From Betaproteobacteria bacterium (GTDB lineage Bacteria > Pseudomonadota > Gammaproteobacteria > Burkholderiales > SG8-41), in NCBI GenBank assembly GCA_031399805.1, contig JANNPG010000523.1, forward strand, positions 1-43,489: 43,489 bases of DNA, given 5' to 3'. Positions 35,425 through 43,489 of this stretch are shown here, one piece after another. Both the position numbers and the translations under genes were made by a program. How positions within the stretch are numbered: the first letter of the stretch is position 1; the number at the start of each line of letters is the position of its first letter. The notes beneath the pieces were generated by a model. The model searched no databases. It worked only from the letters and a program-made list of their open reading frames with translations, and was not told where the DNA came from.

Positions 35425-37626
35425 TCAGGCGTTCAGGCGCCGCAGCGGGCAAGCGGCGGGATCGAAGCCGGGATCGTCGATACGCCCGAACAATGCATCG
35501 ATGGCGTTGTCCTCGGTGCGGAACATGTTGTCCTCGCCGATGTAGTCGTAAAGGCCGGTGTTGCGCATCACCTGCAGCGCCTGCTGCTTGAGTCCGCTGA
35601 AGACTACGCTGACGCCGTTGGCGCGCAGCCGCTCAACCAGATGGCGGAGCATTGCTTCGCCTGATGCGTCGATCTGATTGATGCCGTCGCCGATGATCAG
35701 CAGATGTCGCGCGCGCGGATGCGCGGCGACGGCGGCGAGCAGCGCATCCTCGAAGTAGGGCACGTTGGCGAAATAAAGCTGGCCGTCGAAGCGCAACGCG
35801 ATGATGTGCTCGGACAGCGGCAGGCCGTGCAGCTCGGCGTCGCGCAGCGTGCCGTCGGCGTGGCGGCTCAGGATCGCCACGCGCGGCGTCATGGTGCGAT
35901 AGAGATAGAGCACGATCGCCAGCCCGGCACCGGCGAGGATGCCGGCATCGAGGTGCGGCGCGAAGCCGAGCGTGGCGATGAATGTCGCGACTGCGGCGAT
36001 CCCGTCGTGACGATGCGCCTGCCACGCGTGATGGATCGCTTCAAGGTTGATGAGGTTAATCACCGCCATCAGTATGATGGCCGCGAGCACCGCCTGTGGC
36101 AGATGATAGAGCAGCGGTGTCAGGAACATGAGTGTCACCAGCACCAGCAGCCAGGCGAATACCGACGACATACCGCTCGTTGCACCGGCGCTCAAATTGA
36201 CCGCCGAGCGCGAGAACGAGCCGCTGACCGGAAACGACTGGGTGAAGCTGCCGGCGATGTTGGCAAGCCCCTGGCCGATCAGTTCCTGGTTGGGGTCGAT
36301 GCGCTGCTTGGTCCGCGTTGCCATGGCCTTTGCCATCGACACGGCTTCCATGAATCCGACCAGCGTGATCACGAATGCGGTCGACAGCAGCGTGACGATC
36401 ATGTCCCAGCTGAGCTGCGGCAGCCTGAATGACGGCAGCCCCGGCGGGATGCTGCCGACCACCTGCCCGCCGCCGGCGAGACGTAGTTCGCCGTCGACGA
36501 TGCGCTGAATCCGCCAGCGGTGGCTGTCGCTGACGGCGCCCTGCGGCGCGCCGCCGGCGCGGTAAAGCCGGGTTGTCCCATCGGCAACGGCGGCGCGCTC
36601 GAACGCAAATTTACGCAGTGCGCGGTTGCGGATCCGGTTCTCGCGCTCGATGTCACGCACTTCCAGGCGCAGCACGTCGATTTCGTAGGTCAGCGCCAGC
36701 GCGCTGCGGGCTTCCTGTCGCTGTTTCTTCTCAATCGCTTTGAGTTGCCCGGACTTGTCGCCGATCTGGGACTTGAGCAGTGCTTGCCGCGCTTCGGCGG
36801 CGACCGTTTGCGTGGCGAGCGTGCGTATCTCGACATCGTCGATGGCGTCGACCGCGGCGCTGCCGATGCGCTCGAACCCGATCGCCCAGCTGATGATCGT
36901 GGTCACTACGACCGCGACCAGCACGCCCGGCCACTTCGGACTTAGTTTTTTCATTGCGAGCATGACCGCGAGCGCGGCAAGCGCCATCATTAGTGTCGGC
37001 AGGTGGGTGTCGCCGGCCTGCTGCATAACGCCCCAGATGTCGCCGATGAAGCTGTCGCTGCGCGATGACGCCACGCCGAGTATGCCGCTCAACTGCGACA
37101 GCGCGATGATGATCGCCGCGGCGTTGGTGAAGCCGACGATGACCGGATGCGACAGGAAGCTCACGATTGCGCCGAGCTTGAAGACACCCATTGCGAGTTC
37201 GAAAATCCCGACCATCAGCGTGAGCAGCACCGCCAGCACGATGTATTGCTCCGCGGACGGCGCCGCGAATTGGGCCAGCGTCGCGCCGGTCAGCAGCGAC
37301 ACCATGGCGACCGGGCCGGTCGCGAGCTGGCGTGACGAGCCCCACAGCGCGCCGATGAGCACCGGCATAAATGCGGCGTAAAGGCCGTAATAAGCGGGCA
37401 TGCCCGCGAGCTGGGCATACGCCATGGATTGCGGAATCAGGATCAGCCCGACGCTGATGCCGGCGAAGAGATCGCTGCGCAGCGCGTCGCGGGAAAGCGG
37501 AAACCAGCCGATGAATGGAAAGAATTGGCGCACGTGGAATAGGAATAGGGTTTGCGGTTGCCGATTGAGCGATTCTAGCGTGCGGACGGTGCGCGCGGCT
37601 CGCCGTTCGGCAACGCGATGTGGCAT
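35425..37626 (-). CDS. SulP-family anion permease with a C-terminal STAS domain and a ~133-aa internal insertion (SulP-2)
   Basis: 'LRSDLFAGISVGLILIPQSMAYAQLAGMPAYYGLYAA' and 'QELIGQGLANIAGSF', with STAS 'ALRFDGQLYFAN'. 733 aa. The start is uncertain: ATG 37626 overlaps SulP-1 by 52 nt, and GTG 37533 is the alternative. Confidence 0.85.
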   Translation of the reverse strand: MPHRVAERRAARTVRTLESLNRQPQTLFLFHVRQFFPFIGWFPLSRDALRSDLFAGISVGLILIPQSMAYAQLAGMPAYYGLYAAFMPVLIGALWGSSRQLATGPVAMVSLLTGATLAQFAAPSAEQYIVLAVLLTLMVGIFELAMGVFKLGAIVSFLSHPVIVGFTNAAAIIIALSQLSGILGVASSRSDSFIGDIWGVMQQAGDTHLPTLMMALAALAVMLAMKKLSPKWPGVLVAVVVTTIISWAIGFERIGSAAVDAIDDVEIRTLATQTVAAEARQALLKSQIGDKSGQLKAIEKKQRQEARSALALTYEIDVLRLEVRDIERENRIRNRALRKFAFERAAVADGTTRLYRAGGAPQGAVSDSHRWRIQRIVDGELRLAGGGQVVGSIPPGLPSFRLPQLSWDMIVTLLSTAFVITLVGFMEAVSMAKAMATRTKQRIDPNQELIGQGLANIAGSFTQSFPVSGSFSRSAVNLSAGATSGMSSVFAWLLVLVTLMFLTPLLYHLPQAVLAAIILMAVINLINLEAIHHAWQAHRHDGIAAVATFIATLGFAPHLDAGILAGAGLAIVLYLYRTMTPRVAILSRHADGTLRDAELHGLPLSEHIIALRFDGQLYFANVPYFEDALLAAVAAHPRARHLLIIGDGINQIDASGEAMLRHLVERLRANGVSVVFSGLKQQALQVMRNTGLYDYIGEDNMFRTEDNAIDALFGRIDDPGFDPAACPLRRLNA

Positions 37627-39419
37627 TGCTTGAAGATGCGCGCGTGGCAGGCGCGGCAGAGTTCCGGATCGAGCCGCGGATAGATCGTTTCAAGCGGATG
37701 CGTTTTCACCGCAAACAGATTCTGCTCGCCAATCCCGGCGAGATATCCACCGCGTTGCAGCAACGCACGCACCGCGTCTTTGACACGATAAAAGTAAAGC
37801 CCGCCGCCCAGCGCGCGCCGCCGCCGCGCCTCCTGGGCCAGCATCTCCGCTCCCGCCATATCGACGAAATTGATGCCGCTCGCGACGATCAGCACGTGCT
37901 TCTGCTGCGGATTGTACTCGTCGATTTCCTGCAGGTGCCGCTGCACGTGGTCGACGGCGCCGAAGAAGAGCGAGCCGTTGATGCGCACCATCTTCAGTTG
38001 CGGGCAGTCGGGAAGCCCGCTGTCAGCGGTGTAGTGGTAGCTGTCGGGGGCCGGGTCAGGCTTGACGTCCAGCACCAGCGGCTGTGAGGTGCGCGACAGG
38101 TAAATCAGCAGCGACAGGATGACGCCGGCATAGATCGCGAATTCGAGTTCGGCAAACAATGCGGCGCAGAAGGTCAGCAGCAGCACGGCAGTTTCGCGGC
38201 GGCTCGTGCGCAGGATGTTGCGGATGTGATGGATGTCGATCAGGCCCCACGCGACGATGAACAGGACCGCTGCCATCACCGCGTGCGGCAGGTGGGCGGC
38301 CAGCGGCGCAACCAGCGCGATTATCGGCACCAGCAGCACGGCCGCCGCTACGGCGGACAGCGGTGTTTTCGCGCCCGCCTCGTAATTGACGCCGCTGCGG
38401 TTGAACGAGCCGCTGCTCGCATAAGACGAGAAAAAACTGCCGACGATATTGGACAGGCCCTGTCCGATGAACTCCTGACTGCCGTCTATGCGCTGACCGC
38501 TCTTGACTGCAATGGCGCGCGCAATCGACACCGCCTCGGTCAGCCCCAGGATTGTTATCGCAAGCGCGATCGGCAGCGTCTTGCGGATCGCGTCGAACGA
38601 TAAATCGGGCGCCGACAGCAGCGGCAGCGCCTGCGGCAGCGCGCCGAGCGTGGTGATGCCGGTCATCGCCGCGCCGAAATGGGCGTTGAGCACGGCGGCA
38701 AACGCGCTGCCTGCCAGCATCGCGACGATCATGTAGGGAAATCCGGGCCAATAGCGACGCACTGCCATGGCGCTCAACAGGGTCACCGCGCTGACCGCGG
38801 TGACGTACAGGCTGATATCGTCGACATGCACGATGAACTGGTGCAGGGTCTCGGCGAACGATGCGCCGCGCGCGATGGGCACGCCGAAGAAGTTCCTGAT
38901 CTGCGCGGCAAAAATCAGCATCGCGGCGCCCGCGGTAAACCCGATCACGACTGTGTGCGAGATGAAGTTGACGAGCGCGCCCATGCGCGCAAGCCCCATT
39001 GCGAGCTGCAGCACACCGGTCAGCAGCGTCAGCGTCAGCACCAGTTTGATGTAGACGGCGCTGCCCGGTTCGGCCAGCGCGCTCATGCTCGCGAACACCA
39101 CGATCGAAATCGCGTTGGTCGGCCCGGAGATCAGGTGCCATGACGAGCCGAACAGCGCCGCGATCACCGCCGGCACCATCGCCGCGTAAAGCCCGTACTG
39201 CGGCGGCATGCCGGCCAGCATGGCAAACGCCACGCCCTGCGGCAGCACTACGATAGCGCCGATCAGGCCGGCGATAAGATCGGCGCGCAGCGTGTCGCGG
39301 GTCACGCGCCGGCGCCAGCGCAAAAAGGGCAGGTAGCGGTCGAATTGCGCGGCGGCGCGCGAGCCGGATAGGGAGTGCACGAATTGCTTATTGGAGGGCG
39401 AGATCCGATTATCTGGCAA
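37575..39419 (-). CDS. SulP-family anion permease with a C-terminal STAS domain (SulP-1)
   Basis: 'LRADLIAGLIGAIVVLPQGVAFAMLAGMPPQYGLYAA' and 'QEFIGQGLSNIVGSF', with STAS 'MVRINGSLFFGAVD'. The Cys-rich tail reads 'CRACHARIFKQCH'. The start is TTG 39419 or GTG 39380. Confidence 0.85.
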   Translation of the reverse strand: MPDNRISPSNKQFVHSLSGSRAAAQFDRYLPFLRWRRRVTRDTLRADLIAGLIGAIVVLPQGVAFAMLAGMPPQYGLYAAMVPAVIAALFGSSWHLISGPTNAISIVVFASMSALAEPGSAVYIKLVLTLTLLTGVLQLAMGLARMGALVNFISHTVVIGFTAGAAMLIFAAQIRNFFGVPIARGASFAETLHQFIVHVDDISLYVTAVSAVTLLSAMAVRRYWPGFPYMIVAMLAGSAFAAVLNAHFGAAMTGITTLGALPQALPLLSAPDLSFDAIRKTLPIALAITILGLTEAVSIARAIAVKSGQRIDGSQEFIGQGLSNIVGSFFSSYASSGSFNRSGVNYEAGAKTPLSAVAAAVLLVPIIALVAPLAAHLPHAVMAAVLFIVAWGLIDIHHIRNILRTSRRETAVLLLTFCAALFAELEFAIYAGVILSLLIYLSRTSQPLVLDVKPDPAPDSYHYTADSGLPDCPQLKMVRINGSLFFGAVDHVQRHLQEIDEYNPQQKHVLIVASGINFVDMAGAEMLAQEARRRRALGGGLYFYRVKDAVRALLQRGGYLAGIGEQNLFAVKTHPLETIYPRLDPELCRACHARIFKQCHIALPNGEPRAPSAR

Positions 39420-39511
39420 CGCCGGTGCCGGCGCAACGAGGCGGCGCGCCAGCGGAACGTTTTCGGTATAATCAACGTGTTTTTTTTGCGACTTCAGGGA
39501 AGATTAAACCA

Positions 39512-39856
39512 ATGAAAGTGCACAGCGTGATCGCAGCGGTGGCGGCTGGGGTCTTGCTCGCGGCGTCTGCCGCGGCGTTGGCCGATGGCGATGCTGCCGC
39601 CGGCAAGCAAAAGACGGCAACGTGCCAGGGCTGCCACGGCATCCCGGGCTACAAGACGGCGTTTCCGGCGGTATACAAAGTGCCCAAGCTTGGCGGCCAG
39701 CATGCCGGTTATATGGTCAAGGCGCTGCAGGGCTACAAATCCGGCGAGCGCAGCCATCCGACGATGCGTGCGATTGCGGCGGGGCTCAGCGACAAGGACA
39801 TGGCCGATCTCGCGGCGTACTACGCTGCCGACAACACCCAGACAGCCGGTAAATAA
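39512..39856 (+). CDS. Monoheme class I cytochrome c (resembles a c4 half-domain)
   Basis: Signal peptide, haem site 'CQGCHG', and 'PKLGGQHAGYMVKAL..YKSGER.HPTM'. Confidence 0.85.
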   Translation: MKVHSVIAAVAAGVLLAASAAALADGDAAAGKQKTATCQGCHGIPGYKTAFPAVYKVPKLGGQHAGYMVKALQGYKSGERSHPTMRAIAAGLSDKDMADLAAYYAADNTQTAGK

Positions 39857-39859
39857 AAG

Positions 39860-40183
39860 ATGACGACCCTGATGAAATCTCTGATTATCGCGGCGGCACT
39901 GGCGGTGGGTACGCTTGCGCATGCCGCCGACCTGGCCGCCGGCCGGGAAAAAGCGAAAGTGTGCGCGGCGTGCCACGGTGAGAACGGCGTCAGTCAGGTG
40001 CCCGACTTTCCGAAGCTCGCGGGCCAGTACAACGACTATCTGGTGCGTACGTTGAACGACTATAAATCGGGGGTGCGCAAGAACCCGATCATGGCGGGAC
40101 AGGTCGCCAACCTGAAGAAAGAAGATATCGCCGATCTGGCGGCGTTTTTCTCGAGCCAGCAGGCGCTCGTCACGAAATACTGA
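39860..40183 (+). CDS. Monoheme class I cytochrome c (resembles a c4 half-domain)
   Basis: Signal peptide, haem site 'CAACHG', and 'PKLAGQYNDYLVRTLNDYKSGVRKNPIM'. It starts 3 nt after the upstream cytochrome gene. Confidence 0.85.
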   Translation: MTTLMKSLIIAAALAVGTLAHAADLAAGREKAKVCAACHGENGVSQVPDFPKLAGQYNDYLVRTLNDYKSGVRKNPIMAGQVANLKKEDIADLAAFFSSQQALVTKY

Positions 40184-40207
40184 ACTGCACGGACGTAACG
40201 CGACCAC

Positions 40208-40240
40208 AGGCCGGACTGCATGGTTGTCCGGCCTTTTTTC
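40208..40240 (+). terminator. Rho-independent terminator after the cytochrome c pair
   Basis: AGGCCGGAC, a 9-nt loop, GTCCGGCCT, then TTTTTT. Confidence 0.85.
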
Positions 40241-40313
40241 TTCCGGTGCCGCTATTTCCAGGTCTCGAATAAGAACAGGCGCGCCTGGTCGCGGGACGGG
40301 CTCAACATTGAAT

Positions 40314-40486
40314 GGTGAGGCGTGAGGGGTGAGGGGTGAGGGGTGAGGAGTGAGGCGTAAAAGCGACGCCACCTCGCGCGCGATCCGGTCCACGCGCGAG
40401 CCATCCGAACCGCTTTGTTGTTCAACCCAACGTCCATCTGTAAAGGTTGCGCCTCACGCCTCACGCCTTACACCTCACGCTTCACC
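40314..40486. repeat. Inverted arrays of tandem heptamers (six NGTGAGG units and five CCTCACN-type units) around a GC hairpin
   Basis: The left array is at 40314-40355: ggtgagg cgtgagg ggtgagg ggtgagg ggtgagg agtgagg. The right array is at 40452-40486: cctcacg cctcacg ccttaca cctcacg cttcacc. The central hairpin is CTCGCGCG-12 nt-CGCGCGAG at 40373-40400. The right array overlaps the last 6 codons and the stop of nth. Confidence 0.85.
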
Positions 40487-41109
40487 TTGTGTTTGTACTC
40501 GCACAGATCATTGATCAAACATGCCGGGCAGTCCGGCTTGCGCGCCATGCAGACATAACGCCCGTGCAGGATCAGCCAGTGGTGCGCGTGCAGTTTGAAT
40601 TCGTCGGGCACAAATTTAAGCAGCTTCTGTTCGACGGTGACGACATTCTTGCCCGGCGCGATACCGGTGCGGTTGGCGACGCGAAAGATATGCGTGTCGA
40701 CTGCGATGGTGGGCTGCCCGAATGCAACGTTGAGTATTACGTTGGCGGTTTTGCGCCCCACACCCGGCAACTCCTCGAGCGCCTCGCGCGTATGCGGAAC
40801 CTCGCCGTCGTGGCGCTCGATCAGCAGTTTGCAGGTCGCCAGAATGTTTTTTGCCTTGGTGCGATAGAGTCCGATGCGCTTGATGTATTTTTCCAGACCG
40901 GCAGTGCCGAGTTCGAGCAGCGTCGCCGGCGTGTTGGCCGCGCCGTACAGTTCGCGCGTCGCCAGATTGACGCTCTTGTCGGTGGCCTGCGCCGACAGCA
41001 CGACGGCGACCAGCAACTCGAAAGGGGAGCGGTAGACGAGCTCGCTGCGCGGTTCCGCCGCGGCGGCGCGCAGGCGCCTGAAAATTTCGACACGTTTGGA
41101 CGGATTCAT
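40468..41109 (-). CDS. nth: Endonuclease III
   Basis: 'PFELLVAVVLSAQATD', HhH 'LPGVGRKTANVIL', and the [4Fe-4S] loop 'CMARKPDCPACLINDLC'. ATG 41109 is the start. Confidence 0.95.
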   Translation of the reverse strand: MNPSKRVEIFRRLRAAAAEPRSELVYRSPFELLVAVVLSAQATDKSVNLATRELYGAANTPATLLELGTAGLEKYIKRIGLYRTKAKNILATCKLLIERHDGEVPHTREALEELPGVGRKTANVILNVAFGQPTIAVDTHIFRVANRTGIAPGKNVVTVEQKLLKFVPDEFKLHAHHWLILHGRYVCMARKPDCPACLINDLCEYKHKVKREV

Positions 41110-41138
41110 GCGTTTTGGCAGTGATAGGCGAGGCGCCA

Positions 41139-41190
41139 AGAGTGCCTGACATTATGCAACGCACACGTGTTTCATTGTGTTAGGCACTCT
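41139..41190. promoter_or_regulatory. 13-bp stem hairpin whose loop carries an ACACGTGT palindrome, in the divergent nth / GGDEF control region
   Basis: AGAGTGCCTGACA (41139-41151) pairs with TGTTAGGCACTCT (41178-41190): 12 Watson-Crick pairs and 1 G-U. The loop contains acacgtgt at 41162-41169. Confidence 0.4.
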
Positions 41191-41550
41191 AAGGGTAGTC
41201 GGGTGCCGCGCGGTTGACAACTGCAGCCCGCGCACGACGCGAAGTTGGCGTGCACCGCTCAAGGTGGGCGGCAGCGCGGGCGGGACCGGACTCCGGCGGT
41301 CGCCGCGTAGTGCGAAGTCCATCGCGACCGCGGTGATGAAAGGCCGGGGAGCAAGGTCTGATTCTCCCCGCTTATGCGCCAGTGAGGGTGCCAACAATTT
41401 CACAGACAATAAGCCAATTGCCGATTTGCGCTTAGGCAGATGGCAAATTAGTCAGCACTATGACACGGTTTGAAACGTATGGCATGCTAGTTGCAGAACG
41501 CATGGCAGAGGCGACCGGTTGATGCGCGGTTTGCCAACGAAAGCACGAAC

Positions 41551-42420
41551 ATGGGAAACAGGGCGCGCGCAAAATCCGAAGTCGGTTCGTTTTTCGTGAA
41601 CCAGCACCGCGGGCGGTGGCTCGCGGCCGCTCTGATCTTGCTGCTGCTGGTCGCCGCCGTCGATTACGCGACCGGCTACAAGCTGCGCCTGATTATTCTG
41701 TATCTCGTGCCGGTGCTGATTTTTACGTGGGCCATGGGCCGGCTGGCCGGTATTTTGCTGTCGATCGTGGCGTGCACCTTGTGGGCCTATGTTGATGCAG
41801 TCGACGGCCGCTACGTCGACCATCCATCGCTGCTCTACTGGGATTGGGGCACGCTGCTGTTCGGATTCGCAGTCATGGTGCTTGGCGTGACCCAACTGCG
41901 CAAGGCGCTCGAGGATGCCCACTTCCAGTCACGCAAGGACTCTCTTACGGGGCTGGTCAACAAAGGCGGGTTCTATCAGGTCGTCGGTTCGGAAATCGAG
42001 ATGTGCCGGCGCTACAAGCGCACGCTGTCGATCGCGTATATCGACTGCGATAACTTCAAGATGGTCAATGACAAGTTCGGCCACCACGTCGGCGACGAAT
42101 TGCTGCGCGTGATCTCGAAGACCATGCTGCGCAAGCTGCGCTCTTCCGACCTGCCAGGAAGGCTCGGCGGCGACGAATTCGCAGTCATGTTGCCGGAGAC
42201 CAATGCTGAAGCGTGTCGCATGGTCGTCGAGATGCTGCAGCAGCGGTTGTTGCACGAGATGAAGGAGCATAACTGGCCCGTTACCTTCAGCATCGGCATC
42301 GCGACTTTCTTGAGCATGCCGAACTCGATCGAGGAGATGATCCACCAGGCCGATAAACTGATGTATGCGGTAAAGCACACCAGCAAAGGCGCGATCAAGC
42401 AGGAAGTCTTCCACGCCTGA
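41551..42420 (+). CDS. Membrane-anchored diguanylate cyclase (GGDEF domain)
   Basis: Four predicted TM helices, then 'DSLTGLVNKGGF', 'DCDNFKMVNDKFGHHVGDELL' and 'RLGGDEFAVML'. ATG 41551 is taken as the start; the ORF opens at TTG 41491. Confidence 0.85.
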   Translation: MGNRARAKSEVGSFFVNQHRGRWLAAALILLLLVAAVDYATGYKLRLIILYLVPVLIFTWAMGRLAGILLSIVACTLWAYVDAVDGRYVDHPSLLYWDWGTLLFGFAVMVLGVTQLRKALEDAHFQSRKDSLTGLVNKGGFYQVVGSEIEMCRRYKRTLSIAYIDCDNFKMVNDKFGHHVGDELLRVISKTMLRKLRSSDLPGRLGGDEFAVMLPETNAEACRMVVEMLQQRLLHEMKEHNWPVTFSIGIATFLSMPNSIEEMIHQADKLMYAVKHTSKGAIKQEVFHA

Positions 42421-42448
42421 TCTGCGACGAGTGACGCGGCTGCGCGTG

Positions 42449-43072
42449 CTATTTTTCTGATCGGCCGCGCGGCGCCAGTCGCTGCCGTGCCCGCTCTATC
42501 GCGCGCTCGACGATCCGCTGATTTACGCGGGTGTCGGTGGCGCGCCCGGCCACGCGCCCGGCGCGTTGATCGCGTTCGCGGCGTGCCGTGCGCCGTTCAA
42601 ATCGCACGCGTGCCCGTGCCGCCGCCATGCGCCGCTCTGTGCGCCCGGGTTGCGCGCCGGTTGCAAGCATCGTGATGCAATCGACCGGGCACGGCGGTAT
42701 GCACAACTCGCAGCCGGTGCAATCGCGCGCGACCACTGTGTGCATCAACCCGGCTGCGCCGACAATCGCATCGACCGGGCACGCCTCGATGCACAAGGTG
42801 CAGCCGATGCACAGCGTCTCGTCGATGACCGCCGTTGCCGGCGGCTTGGTGACGCCGAAACGCGTATCAACCGGCCGCCAGGCGACGCCGAGCAGCGCGG
42901 CCAATTCGCGCGCGCCGTCATCGCCGCCGGGCGGACACTGATTGATGCCGGCGCATCCCGCGGCAATTGCTTCGGCATACGGGCGGCAGCCCGCATATCC
43001 GCACAGCCGGCATTGCGTCTGCGGCAGCAGCGCGTCGATCCATTCGACCAGTTTTGTCGCGACGCGTGTCAA
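42449..43072 (-). CDS. RnfB-like ferredoxin (N-terminal Cys cluster plus two 4Fe-4S motifs)
   Basis: '[23 protein letters not shown]', '[12 protein letters not shown]' and '[12 protein letters not shown]'. The TTG start overlaps the ald stop (TTGA). Confidence 0.8.
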   Translation of the reverse strand: MTRVATKLVEWIDALLPQTQCRLCGYAGCRPYAEAIAAGCAGINQCPPGGDDGARELAALLGVAWRPVDTRFGVTKPPATAVIDETLCIGCTLCIEACPVDAIVGAAGLMHTVVARDCTGCELCIPPCPVDCITMLATGAQPGRTERRMAAARARVRFERRTARRERDQRAGRVAGRATDTRVNQRIVERAIERARQRLAPRGRSEK

Positions 43073-43489
43073 GCCAGCGCCTCGGTCGCCGGCACATAGG
43101 GCCGCTTGACATCGATTGCCAGATCGCGATGCGTCACCTGTCCGGCATGTAGCTGGAGGCCGCAGCGCAGTCCCTCGTCGGCGGCAATTGCCGCGCGCAA
43201 CCCTTGGGCCGCGAGCGCGAGTGCATACGGCAGCGTGGCTTGCGTGAGGGCCAGAGTCGCGGTGCGCGCGACTGCCGAGGGCATGTTGGGAACGCAGTAA
43301 TGAATGACACCTGCTTCGACGTAAATGGGGTCCGCGTGAGAAGTGGGGCGCGCAGTCTCGGTGATGCCGCCCTGATCGATACCGACATCGACAATGACAG
43401 AACCCGGCCGCATCGCTGCCACATCGTCGCAGTGGATGAGTTTGGGCGACAGTTTGCCCGGCTGCAGCACGGCGCCGACGATCAGGTCG
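43069..43489 (-). CDS. ald: Alanine dehydrogenase, C-terminal part (5' end beyond the window)
   Basis: '[17 protein letters not shown]', '[21 protein letters not shown]' and '[18 protein letters not shown]'. The frame is open to the window edge. Confidence 0.85.
   Translation of the reverse strand, partial: DLIVGAVLQPGKLSPKLIHCDDVAAMRPGSVIVDVGIDQGGITETARPTSHADPIYVEAGVIHYCVPNMPSAVARTATLALTQATLPYALALAAQGLRAAIAADEGLRCGLQLHAGQVTHRDLAIDVKRPYVPATEALA

Noticed and set aside
39512-40183. Two adjacent monoheme cytochrome c genes considered as a split or frameshifted dihaem cytochrome c4
   Set aside because: Each ORF has its own start codon, its own signal peptide and a complete CXXCH...M domain, and a clean stop separates them. 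This is consistent with two genuine monoheme genes rather than a pseudogenised c4.
40252-40464. A 70-aa - strand ORF, and the 299-aa ORF 39494..40393(-), containing 'LTPHPSPLTPH' repeats
   Set aside because: The repetitive peptide is simply the translation of the heptamer arrays. The longer ORF is antisense to both cytochrome c genes. There is no coding evidence.
40314-40486. Tandem short repeats considered as a possible CRISPR array, together with those at 15855-15941 and 28351-28532
   Set aside because: The units are 7-10 nt and directly abutting, with no spacers. No cas genes are in the window. These are not CRISPR arrays.
1-43489. Scan for tRNA, rRNA, tmRNA, SRP RNA or 6S-like sequences, and for transposase or integrase genes
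   Set aside because: I saw no T-arm (GGTTCGAATCC-like) or acceptor-stem patterns, no 4.5S conserved core, and no recombinase-like ORF. None is reported. A proper tRNAscan or Infernal run would be needed to be definitive.

Overview
A 43.5-kb, GC-rich chromosomal segment whose gene content and order look betaproteobacterial. I assigned this from memory of the protein families; no search was run. Most genes are housekeeping and syntenic: thiL-pgpA-(vapBC islet)-pncC-recA-recX-alaS; a PMM/PGM; the ilvE-zf-waaF-NTF2 operon; glnE divergent from a yhdP-like gene followed by nit and tldD; greB; aroG; nth with an rnfB-like ferredoxin; and ald. Accessory or signalling genes are interspersed: a VapBC toxin-antitoxin pair, a membrane class III adenylate cyclase, a stand-alone cNMP-binding protein, a GGDEF cyclase, two tandem SulP-STAS permeases, two monoheme cytochromes c, a TPR/GT41-like protein with a methyltransferase, and two orphan periplasmic binding proteins. 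I saw no rRNA, tRNA, CRISPR array, transposase or integrase. The features the gene list does not explain are all non-coding. (1) A roughly 550-nt GC-rich element lies between glnE and the yhdP-like gene. It is closed by 29-nt inverted repeats, contains a nested set of helices, and its non-Watson-Crick pairs are G-U only on the + strand. This makes it a candidate large structured RNA or leader, with a MITE as the alternative. (2) Three intergenic elements share one architecture: inverted arrays of degenerate tandem 7- to 10-mers around a small GC hairpin. A fourth partial copy sits at the window edge. A SulP paralog also carries a ~133-aa coiled-coil-like insertion, and the vapBC islet carries decayed gene remnants. 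Many long ORFs in the six-frame track are antisense shadow ORFs typical of high-GC DNA and are not reported as genes.
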